This document shows, one piece after another, positions 53,100-64,000 of a stretch of 64,000 nt of DNA. A program made the position numbers and the translations under genes. The notes beneath the pieces were generated by a model. It saw only the letters and a program-made list of their open reading frames with translations, had not been told where the DNA came from and made no database searches. Source of the stretch: Octopus sinensis (lineage: Eukaryota); NCBI RefSeq assembly GCF_006345805.1, contig NC_042997.1:207514001-207578000 (forward strand). Direction: 5' to 3'. Position 1 is the first letter of the stretch; every line of letters starts with the position of its first letter.

Positions 53100-55197
53100 A
53101 TAATTCTTTCTTTATTGGCCACCAGGGTCAAACACAAAACATACAGGTCGATACACAGATGAGGAACAGTGGGGCTAAACGTGTAAACAGCAAAACAAAA
53201 CACAATTAACAAGGAGATTAAAACAACAATGTACTTCCCCAATAGAGGGGGATGGGGTCCTTCCACGAAGCGGTGACCAAAGGAACCTCACACACTTTCG
53301 GCCCCCTAACATCAAAGGCACCTCATGTAGGCACCCCTCTCCTCCTCATTCCATCTGGTCTACAGGCACACACTTAGAGTAGGCCCGTTTACATGGGCCA
53401 TTCTTGCCACATTCACCCATGATTCAACAAACTTACTGGGTGACAGTTCTTACCTCTCCGGCATCACTTTCCTTTTCAGACGGAACTTGAAAAGAACAAT
53501 GAGGCCATGGCCAAAGAGGAAGGTACCCATCTTCAACTTTTTCAATCACGTCCACCACGCAACCTCCTTCACCATAGCCACCAGACAGAGAAAAACGGCC
53601 TGTCCTTCCCAGTCAAAAGAAGGAGGCACAGTAATTTTCATAATGGGTTCGGATGATAGCCAAATCCGTCTTATATGCGACAATAACTGTTCGACAAAGC
53701 TCTACAAGTCAGCAATGTGTGGATACAGTACGAGAGCATATAGAATGGTTTCATCGCACTTGCATGCATCTCAGACAAGCCTGTCTGGTTGCACAGATGC
53801 TTATTGTAGACCAGCAGAGCCCTCCAGTAGCACTGCCAGGCCAGGGATTTCAGGAAGTTATCCATAGACCCCAGCCCAAAAGTCCACTGGAAGAGACCAG
53901 CCAGTCGATCATTCTCAATGCTCAGATCCTCACCAAGTATGTCATCACTCTTGCCCTCCACTAATCCCCTACAGAACTCTAAAGTGGAACTTCCACCCAC
54001 CACATTGCCCAACTGGCCAATGGCTGCGAGTGCTTGCAGACACTCTAGGTGCCAAGTGCATTGCCTCAGTCTACTCCTCATCCAAGACTATCGCCCTACC
54101 AAGGAGACGATTTGCAGAAAAACATGTCCACCCTGATAAGATCTGGATGACCCAATGCTGTTTGTGCATGCCAACACTGGGGCATATGGGTAATCAAGTC
54201 TGATCTTGTCAGCCAGTTGGAAACAAATGAACAGGATTGCAAGGCTTGTGAACACCACACTTTCCGATCTGCTAGCCCCATCCAATACACATGGACATCC
54301 AAGATGGTATTCCTAAGAGAGGAATGTCCCTAGAAAGACCTCCAAATGTTTGAAGAAATTCGGCTACCCTGATCCTGTCAGAGCATACACAACGACCAGT
54401 CTGAAAGCACTGCCTTCATTATTGTTCCCTTCCAGGACCACCAACTTACCTTCCGGGTCCAAGAAGACCAACTGTATCTTAGGATGCAAGACTGTTCTGA
54501 ACAACGCCCACCCACTATTCCTGGTTGACTAAGAGACAAAAAGATCTCAAAATCATCAAAATTGGGTGCTAAGGTGCACGGGTTTGCGATCCTGGTCTCA
54601 CTGATGGCTATTACATTTAAATTCAGCCACCTCAGGTCATTGAGCAAGTGACCTTGCTTCCAGGATGACCTCACCACATACATTAATGCAACCCACTCTT
54701 AGTGCTGCCATATTGGCCTAAAAGAAAGGAAAGAAAGATGAGGAGTGTTACTTAACCTCCTGGTGCTGTTGGAGATCACGTGGTCTCACCTCTATTTCTT
54801 TGTTGGTCTGCGTTGGGAACCCTTATAGAATCCTTGTATTGGCATTTACTTGAGAGATTCCTACATCGTCTAGAAGGGCATCCCTAATTGTTTGGAAAGT
54901 GTCCAAATCCATCCTCCCCATCATTAAGTCTTTTGGCACATGGCATGTGTTAGTCCAAGAAGATTCTCACCACCCCCCCGTACATTTTCCAATGATTCTC
55001 CTTTGTGATAAGATGGCCATCAGTTCTTTGCTGGCCCTCCTTACTGACACAGAGTGAGCTGCCTGTGTCACTGTTTTTTGCTGTTCTTGTTGCGTTGGTG
55101 GTGTAAGTTTGCTTTTGGGATTTTTTTCCTGTCTGCAGTGGAGTTCTTGGTGCTTGTGGCGCTTTAGTTGATGATTGTGATGCTGCAGGAGTTGTCT

Positions 55198-55231
<34 letters not shown>

Positions 55232-56790
55232 TTCCTTTGCTATCTTGTTTTGGTGCAGGGTAAGATGTCTTGCCTTTGTGGCTTCTTTTCGGTTGTTTTT
55301 CTAGTTTTCTCTGATCCCTGTCCTCATCACCTTTCATTGTGGTAGAACCAGTGTCTGTTTTAACCTCCTCCGCTCTCCTGTGCAAGTGAATTCGTGTTTG
55401 TATGTGTATCTTTTTTCTGCATGCTTGTCTGTCAGTGGTGGGGTTGTTGAGGCTGGTTGCAAGGTGTTGGTTTTCATGGTTGACCTCTCCGACGGTTTTC
55501 CTGCTGGTGCTGTTGTTACACCTGCCGCCACCATTATTGCTGTTTTTGCCGCCTTTCCTGTTGTTCATGGTGATGTCTTTTGTTTTCCCAGCCTTAGTCA
55601 ACGGAAGGTCCCCACATCCCTGTAACGTTTTGATGAGGGCAGCATGCTTGTAGGTGTGTTGCATCACCACAAGCAAAGCAATGAGTCATACAGCGCTCAG
55701 TGATCAAATGTAATTTCGTCCCCTCTTTGAGGCAGACATGGTCTGGGATGTTCTCCAAGGCTTATGGTTTTATTTGGATTAGCAATTCCAAATCCATCCC
55801 AATCTTGTCTTCTCTTTGCATCCGTTGAACTTTAAGGAGGAAGGTGTTGCTGCTCTCCACAATCACACATCTCAACCATCTCCAGATATTGATACCTGGT
55901 GTTACTCTGGGGATTCAAACTTTTATTGTTTGTGGTGCCCATGTAGGGCAGGCACATTATAAGCTGGTCAGTTTTACCGGGTCCCAATGAATACTTCATG
56001 GCCAGCTCTTCTGTTTTAAAAAGGACCGAGATGGTACCAAAACTCAGGGCCCTTCTTGATTGACCTCAGTACCATCTCCACTTGAAGAAGGTGGGAGGGT
56101 TGTTCTGCACTCCGAGTCTGTACTGAGACACACTTATACTTCACTGTTCTCTTCTCAGTTTCTACCTCTACTTTGGCTGGGATTGCAAGGTTAACCCAGG
56201 TTCTTTCTCTTTTGATGAGTTTGTGCGCCAGGGTTAACATCTGTTTCTTTGTTGGCGGTGTCTATCTCATAGTACTTTTGTTGGCATTTCGCAGCTGCTG
56301 CAAAGGTCCTTGTTCTGCTCTCACAGTTGATGGTGGTGATGGAATCGTTCATGCTGTTACTGCTATTGTTACTCCTAAATACAAACATCTCTCTGTTGCT
56401 CGTGTTGGCGTTGGTATTGGTTGTGTTCTCATTGATGTTTTTGTTGTTGTTTTTCTGTTATGCTTCTCTGCTCTGTGTTGTTGGAGTTGTTAATTTCTGT
56501 GTTGATATCAGCAATCATTTCATTTCCCACATTATTCCTGTTTGGGGAGTTGGCAGTTACATTTTCATTATCTATTCGACTATCGAGTGAATGTGTGTTC
56601 TCCATTGTGTCGCTTTCCTCTGTTGTGATAATTAAGCACAAGAACCAAATATTATTTAATTCTTTTTTCTGGAGACAAATACTATTGCCTTGGGTTCCCT
56701 TTTCAACAATAATATCAACCAAGACAATAGATTTGATAAAAATACCTGTCAAGCTTTCACCAATGTCCTAGCCTTTCAAGTGGAAGTTTA
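53100..56790 (-). mobile_element. L1/Tx1-clade LINE, internally deleted (copy of 20600-23865 with a longer ORF1 5' part)
   Basis: APE motif at ~54710-54590, C-terminal ORF 53671-54081, additional 5' sequence at 56367-56790. Confidence 0.75.
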
Positions 56791-56920
56791 ATAATAACAA
56801 CAACAATCGTTGTTTACTAAAGGCACAAGGCCTGACACTTAGTGGGAGGAGATTGTCAGTTACACTGACCACAGTGTATAACTGGTACTTATTTCATCAA
56901 CCCTGAAAGGATGAAAGAAT

Positions 56921-57331
56921 GAGGAGGAGGAAGAGGAGGAGGAGAAGCAGGAGGGAGGAGAAGAGGAGAAGAAGAGAAGGAGAGAAGGAGGAGGAGCAGA
57001 AAGAGAAGAAGAAGAAGAAGAAGAAGAAGGAAGAGAGAAAAGAAGAAGGAAGAAGAAGGAAGAAGAAGGAGGAGAAGAAGAAGAAGAGGAAGAAGAAGAA
57101 AAGAAGAAGAAGAAGAAGAAGAAGAAGAAGAAGAAGAAGAAGAAGAAGAAGAAGAAGAAGAAGAAGAAGAAGAAGAAGAAGAAGAAGAAGAAGAAGAAGA
57201 AGAAGAAGAAGAAGAAGAAGAAGAAGAAGAAGAAGAAGAAGAAGAAGAAGAAGAAGAAGAAGAAGAAGAAGAAGAAGAAGAAGAAGAAGAAGAAGAAGAA
57301 GAAAGAAGAAGAAGAAGAAGAAGAAGAAGAG
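56921..57331. repeat. (GAA/GGA)n polypurine microsatellite; shorter paralog at 23866-24090
   Basis: Directly visible. Confidence 0.95.
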
Positions 57332-57381
57332 ACATATTTTTTCCTAATTAAAATTTAAGATAAAAAAAGGAAAATATTTAC

Positions 57382-57433
57382 CTGATGATGTATCTAAACC
57401 CCTCCTGTTTCCTTGGAAATATTCATCAAATTT
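57382..57433 (-). CDS. 52-nt exon of PARP14/PARP9/PARP15-like macrodomain gene: KFDEYFQGNRRGLDTSS(E)
   Basis: ttctaacag acceptor, gtaaat donor, phase 0-1; the final G completes GAA with the phase-1 exon at 47695. Confidence 0.72.
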
Positions 57434-58108
57434 CTGTTAGAAGTAAACAAATAATTTATCATCGCTCAATGAAAAACATAATTTCATAATTAATTTCTGT
57501 TAATTTCAATGCAATGCTTTTATTCATTGCTTCTATCTTGAATGTTGTTTTGAATTTACATTTGTATTCATTGTATTATAAAACCCTGTCTTACGAAGGA
57601 CAGGCTTTCGAATATTCTGTAGTTTGGGGAGGAATTGTTACTTAAAGAATAAGAAAATATTATTCATGGAATGGAATTGCTTTTGAGACTCCATGTTATG
57701 CCCAAACATCAGCTTAATTCCTCATTATTTTCAAAACTGTTTAAAACAAAGAAGAACATTTCTGTTGAAACAGACTGGCTTTGAGTAAATACCAGTGAAT
57801 TACTGGTATGTCAACAGTGCTTTACTTCAATGCTACATATACTGTCCTACAGAGTATATCTGCAGATGTGTAACCAACACTGTAGGTATAGATAAAAGGA
57901 GAAAGAAGAAAAGGAACGGGTCCAGCCAAACAATCTTTTTCTGTCCCCAACACATATTGTATACAGAAAGTGTTTATATGACACTCAGTTTATATACACT
58001 CGTCTTGCTTACACCCATCTATGCATAGACATATAGTTTATAGAGACATGATGTTTACATTAGTCTCTCTCTCTCTGTTTCTCTCTCTCTCCCTCTCTCT
58101 CATATATA

Positions 58109-58998
58109 CAGGGTGTTTCAAAAAAATTTATATCATTTTGCAATCTAATAACTTTGCCAGTTCTTGTTCATATGACTTCACATTTTCACAGCATTTGTAG
58201 AAATACATCAAAATTTTATGTTTAACGTTTGATGTGTTTAACATTTCAGGTATAGAAATGGCATTCACTGGAAGAGAAAAGGCGTTTTGTGTGTTGGAGT
58301 GTTCTCGAACACAGTCGAACAAAACTGTGCAGCATGCATGGGTGAGAGAATTCTCTAAAAGTCACCAACGGCAATGTGTATTTCGACATGGCACAAACAT
58401 TGCAAAGAGGAAGGCTGTCTGTGCAGGGCAAAAGCATCTGGATGACCACTAACATTGGAAGAGATGGTCAAGCGGGATCACCAGAAACTCTTGCAAAGCC
58501 CCAAGAAGACCATAAGAAGAATAAGTCTGGAAACCCAGATTCCTCCAATGACAGTTTGGCGCGTCTTGAGGAAACGCTTGCTAATGAAACCCTACAAGCT
58601 GCAGCTCATTCAGGCCATAACAGCAGGTGACAAGCGAAAGCACAAACATGGGGCTATGTGAAGGGCCAGGTCTATGTCCCCCCTCTCTTCCTGCAAACCC
58701 AGATGAACTTTAGCAGAGAATCCCTACTGTACTGCAGACTGTTATCCCAAAAATGCTGCAGCATGTCTGGCAGGAGCTGGACTACCGACTTGACATGTGC
58801 CAAGTCTCAGACGTTGCGCATTTTGAACATTTGTGAAAGCGTTCATGGATCCACATTCCTTTCAATTTTTCATTCAAATATGGAGGAATAAATCTGATGA
58901 TGCTCCAACGTTATACCTGTTTAGTTTCATTTGCTTTGACTACGCAGTTTCTGTGATATTTACATCTCAAATGATATCAAATCTTTTGAAACACCCAG
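58109..58998 (+). mobile_element. Internally deleted Tc1/mariner-superfamily transposon (copy of 24871-25762)
   Basis: Same TIRs, TA flanks and transposase remnant. Confidence 0.88.
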
Positions 58999-59338
58999 TA
59001 TATGCAGGGAACATGGGTGTTAAACAATAATGCTGACGATGATGATAATGACTATATATATATATATCATCATCGTTGTCATCATTAAAATTCCATTTTC
59101 CATGCTGGCATGGGTTGAGTGGTTTGACTGGAGACTGGTCAGGTACAAGACTACACCACGTTACTGTGTCTTATTTAGCAGGCTTTTTAACTTGCAAGAC
59201 AAGGAACGTGTGAGAGGGGATACAGCATTGGAGGTGATTTTTGTAGCAGATGAAGGAAGGGTAGAAAGTGAGAGAGAGAGAGAGAAGAGACAGAAACAAG
59301 TGTGTTTGGTGTAAAAGAGATGCATGGTTATTTAGTCA

Positions 59339-59391
<53 letters not shown>

Positions 59392-59839
59392 AGTGATCAA
59401 AATTAAGGTCAGCAACGCATGTGTTGCTGTAGAGGAGATACGGGGTCAAGCAGTCTGCAGGATAGAGCAGGAGGAAGATAATGAATGCAAGAGAGAAGGA
59501 GAGAGATGCCAGCGCATGCTCACAAGGAAAAGGGATCAGAATATAAAGGGGATAGTAGAGAAAGGGAGAGATAAGTGATAGCAAAGTAGCAAGGTTTACC
59601 CTCAAAACATGGGGTCAGAATATACATGGTAGGGTATTGCCAAGGTGCGCGAGTAGGGAGTATAGATTTCACATGAATGCAAGGAGTGTCGGGGTGGGGG
59701 AGTACTGTGACTGCTTTTCAAGGGTTGATAAATTAAGTACCAGTTATGCACTTGGGTCGGTGTAATCGACTTAATCCCTTTGTCTGTCCTTGATTGTCCC
59801 TTCTATGTTAGCCCTTTGTGGGCAATAAAGAAATATAGC

Positions 59840-60920
59840 AGTTCCCACTGGCACCCAGTCTTGAATTCCTCTGTGATGGCCTGAAGGACTATAATGAATA
59901 AGAGTGGGCTGAGAACTGAGCCCTGGTGAACCCCTTCCTGAATGCAAAATTCATCTCTGTATTATTCATAGCCGACTCTCACCTTCCTGACTGTACATGG
60001 TTTGGACAGCTCTAACAAGCACTCCTCTGCTCCTAACTTCCTTACAGACTACCATGTAACAGACCAAGGACTTTGTTAAAAGCTTTCTCCAGGTCGATGG
60101 CTTACTTTTGGCCAACTACTTTCCTTGCAGCTGTCTCACTAGGAAGATGGCTTCTGTGGTACTCTTCTCAGCTACAAAACCAAACTGCATCTCATCTAGT
60201 TTAATTCTATTTCTAATCACATGAAATACAACCCTCTCAGTACCTTTCATGACTTGGTCTATCACTTTAATATCTCTGTAGTTGTTTCTATCTAAGGCGT
60301 CACCTATAACCCTTATAGCAGCTACCTATAACGCTACTACACCAGTCGTTGGGTATGGTGCCCCCACCCCCACCTGAATAGCCTGATTAACTATACAGGC
60401 GACTAAGCTGTATCAAATGCCACCACAGATTTTAATCATCTTGACAGTGATTCCCGATGGACCACCCAGGGGCTTTCCCTGTCTTCCTCTCCTTAATTGC
60501 CTTATCCATTATGCTGCTATCAACTGTGATGGTTGGTCCCTCAACTGGCTCAATATTTGGTAAACCCCTATTCACCCATTCATTTCCCACATTTACTAAC
60601 CCTTTCATACTGACCCTTCCATGCGTCTTTCTTCTCAGAGTCACTGACTGCAAGCATACCATTATCCATTCGCACACATTTCTCACCCACCACATCTCTT
60701 TGCAATTCTGAACACCTCACCTTCTATAACATTTGCTGATCTCTTACCTTCTGCTACATTTTTCGCAACATAAACCTGACGCCTAGCTGCTCTTTTGGCT
60801 ACCTGATGTAATGCTTCCACCATTTTCCCAGGCCGGTCATTTGTTTTTATCGTACCGTCCAGTCCCTTGTTCCACCACCATGTCAACTGTGATATAGCTG
60901 AGACTTTGCACTGGCCGTGC
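59840..60920 (-). mobile_element. Degenerate RTE LINE RT fragment
   Basis: KTGKAPG, NYRDIK, QFGF, GVHQGSVLSPLLFIIVLQAITEEFKTGC remnants. Confidence 0.8.
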
Positions 60921-60949
60921 ATGCACACACACACACACTCACATAGATG

Positions 60950-60993
60950 AATACTACTACTACTACTACTAATAATAATAATAATAATAATAA

Positions 60994-61024
<31 letters not shown>

Positions 61025-61140
61025 GAGGAGGAGGAGGGGAGGAGGAGGGGGAGGGGGAGGAGGGGGGGGAGAAGAAGAAGAAGAAGAAGAAGAAGAAGAA
61101 GAGAAGAAGAAGAAGAAGAAGAAGAAGAAGAAAGAAGAAT
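60950..61140. repeat. Compound microsatellite (TAC)n(TAA)n(GAA)n(GGA)n
   Basis: Directly visible. Confidence 0.9.
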
Positions 61141-61277
61141 CCTTGGATGGGATTTATAATTATTTTAATGCACTGGAATATGCATTTCTGCAAATCATGT
61201 GTTTCTTAAGATCATAATTGCTATCCCTGGAATTATTCCAATGCAGCCATACTACAATGCTTCAAACAAACTACAAC

Positions 61278-61334
<57 letters not shown>

Positions 61335-61337
<3 letters not shown>

Positions 61338-61530
61338 TCATCATCATCATCATCGTTTAACGTCTGCTCTCCATGCTAGCATGGGTTGGACGATTTTGAC
61401 TGAGGGCTGGCAAACAAGACAGCTGCACCAGGCTCCAGTCTTGATCTGGCAGAGTTTCTACAGCTGGATGCCCTTCCTAACGCCAACCACTCCGAGAGTG
61501 TAGTGGGTGCTTTTTACGTGCCACCAGCAT
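61335..61530 (-). mobile_element. RTE 3'UTR / SINE-like fragment with (CAT)n
   Basis: catgctagcatgggttggacg..ctggatgcccttcctaacgccaaccactccgagagtgtagtggg. Confidence 0.8.
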
Positions 61531-61547
61531 ATATATATTATATATAA

Positions 61548-61641
<94 letters not shown>

Positions 61642-61744
61642 GTATAAATATATATATATATATAGAGAGAGAGAGGGAGAGAGACATAGACATGCATGAG
61701 TAGACAAACAAATTTGTTGAGCATATATATAAATATATATTCAT

Positions 61745-63720
61745 GTTTGATGGCCATCCACTTGTGACCGAGGAAGACCATTACTGACCTTCAAAAACAT
61801 CGTGCACTCAAGGATTAACTTATATTTTGCATTTGCAGCCCCAGTGGTGGCTAATGAGCCCTACTCTTGACAATCATACACAACTGCAAACATTACAGAT
61901 CAAGTTTCCCTATGCACTACACCAGCAGTGTACTTTCGAACAGCTTCTTAAGTTCTTCAAGCAGAATATGTGCTCCCTCGAAAGTGTCGACCCCCACCTC
62001 CTTAACCTGCTTCTTCCATCTGTAGTGCGACAGGCATTGTTCTCCCAGTCAGTCTCTTGTATATTACAGGAGGACTTCACACAGTCCTTAAATCACAGCC
62101 TTGGTTTCTGCCAGGGTCTCTTTCCATTCACAAGTTCTCCATATAGCATCTGCTTAGGGATCCTGCTAAACTTCACCTTAATAAAGTATCCAGTCCAATG
62201 TAACAGGTGCTTGTGTAACATTGCCTCAATACTCAAGATATCAGCTGTCCTCAGGACCAGTGTGTCTGGTGTTTTTAAGGTCCAGACAACATTCAGAAAG
62301 TGTCTGAGAGACTGCTGCAGTAGTGATTTTACACTGCTATAGTGGGCAAGTGCTAGATTTCGCTGCACATCTGGAAGTCCTCTGCGTAACAATACATTGT
62401 GGGCATGGCACTTTACCACCAATAGTCACTGAACTTCAGCATCATTTTCATCAAACCAGTTTCTGTTTCTGGCAGTAGCATATCCCAGCATTTCAGCAGC
62501 ATATTGAAGAACCTGATCTCGAAAAGCTTCCCATGCTGCAGTATTTTCGATGCTGGACAAGCGAGTCTGAAGCTCTTTCTTGAACACAGCATCATATATC
62601 TTGTGGACATTCAGACGCCAAGGAATGCTGAATGGCCCTCTTCTCGCTTTCACTCGATTCATCATCCAGAACTGTGCTCGCACCAGACTGTGGTCTGTCC
62701 AGCACTCTGATCTATGAACGGACCTGGCATTACAAATGTCATTGATGTCAGGCTTGTGGATGATGACATAATCCAGCAAGTGCCAAAACTTAGACCTTGG
62801 ATGCATCCACATTTTTGTGTGATCACTTTTGTGCTTGCGATGTCCATGTTCATTGCAGAGATCCAGCAACATGAGACCATTGCTATTCATTTTCCCTACT
62901 ACAAAATATCCTAGAGAGTTCCAACCCTAGCATTGAAATCTCCCAATAGAATGACTTTATCAGAATTGGGGATTTTCCTAAGTATGGCTCCCAGCTGTGT
63001 ATAAAGAAGTAGCTTCGTCTTCACCATAACTAGTCAAGGTAAGTGCTTAGGCACTTATTAGAGTAGCAAACCACCCACCTTTCAGGTGCAATCTTAGAGT
63101 CATTCGACATTCATTTATAGGAACAGGAAGCTCCTCCAACTTCTTCAGGATATCAGACCAAACTGCAAAGCCAACACCAGCCTCTCTGTGCTTCCCCTTC
63201 CCAAAAAAGGTGTCTCCACTTCCTACTTCCTCAAGCTGACCATCACCTTCTATATGAGTCTCTGAAAGTGCAGCTATATCAATGGTATAACAGTTCAGCT
63301 CATGAAAAACAAGTGCAGTGCATCTTTTTAGGCCTCCAATCACTCTTGTTATCCAACAGAGAGCGCACATTCCAACATGAAATGTTCAAGTTCCATCCAG
63401 ATTTTGTAAATAATAGTTTCTTTGTTTTTCGAGTGCAGGGTGGACATCCATCAGCCATGTTAAACTGACCAGATATAGAAAGACAGACAATTTTTGGTTC
63501 ACCTTTTCTAGAACCTCCTCGGCCTCCAGGTGAGTGGTGCCCTCTCCAAATGGAGCTGCACAGACACCCATGCAGCAAACAAATTCTATCGCTGTCTTGG
63601 GCAAACAAGGAGATGACTTTATATCTAGCATGGTCTGCCTATGTGCAGGTCGCTGACTACATACTCCCAAACTGTAAGGTCTGCATGCTTCACCACTTTC
63701 TCATTGCTGCAGGACTTCCG
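61745..63720 (-). mobile_element. RTE/BovB-like LINE of a different family, internally deleted (APE endonuclease and C-terminus, RT missing)
   Basis: WNVRSLLD..TALVFHEL..IDIAALSETH.EGDGQLEEVGSG.TFF..EAGVGFAV, GDFNARVG, WMHPRSKFWHLLDYVI, TDHSLV, WFDEND, LHWTG..RIPKQMLYGEL..GKR. Confidence 0.88.
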
Positions 63721-63871
63721 AGAAAGAAATAAAATACAAACATACTAAAAATATATAAATATATATACTAAAATTAAAGATACATATATAATAGAAATGT
63801 GAGTATGTGTATATATATATATGTAATTTAGAGAAAAACCTCTATTAAATTATTATTATCATATATGTATG

Positions 63872-63912
<41 letters not shown>

Positions 63913-64000
63913 CAAAGTGGAGTTGTAAGGTACCACACGAGTGGAATTATATATGAAAGAAGGTTTGAAAATGCAATTTTAAAAGATGTTTATTTACTTC

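Larger units (their letters stand above)
51048..59581 (+). repeat. Segmental duplication copy B (paralog of 18553-26336), probable donor
   Basis: R4 element continues across its left edge; carries ~550 bp (56367 to ~56920) absent from copy A. Confidence 0.97.

Overview
Repeat-dense animal genomic DNA; the repeat repertoire (RTE LINEs with (ATG)n tails, R4/Dong LINEs in (TAA)n, CR1, L1/Tx1, (TA)n-embedded elements) suggests an octopus/cephalopod, which is an inference. The only host-gene signal is a minus-strand, intron-rich macrodomain gene of the PARP14/PARP9/PARP15 type. Four in-phase GT-AG exons (57433-57382, 47695-47583, 47301-47074, 46472-46245) encode a linker plus one complete macrodomain, and a second copy of the 52-nt linker exon follows at 24192-24141 inside a recent ~8 kb segmental duplication (18553-26336 vs 51048-59581). 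The introns hold degenerate retroelements, two Tc1/mariner deletion derivatives, Helitron-like elements and a 26-bp satellite with higher-order structure. They also hold several (TA)n-flanked Penelope-like remnants with type I hammerhead ribozyme motifs, including a 284-bp palindrome that carries a swapped G3:C8-core hammerhead on each strand. Most ORFs in the supplied track are microsatellite or antisense-to-TE artefacts.
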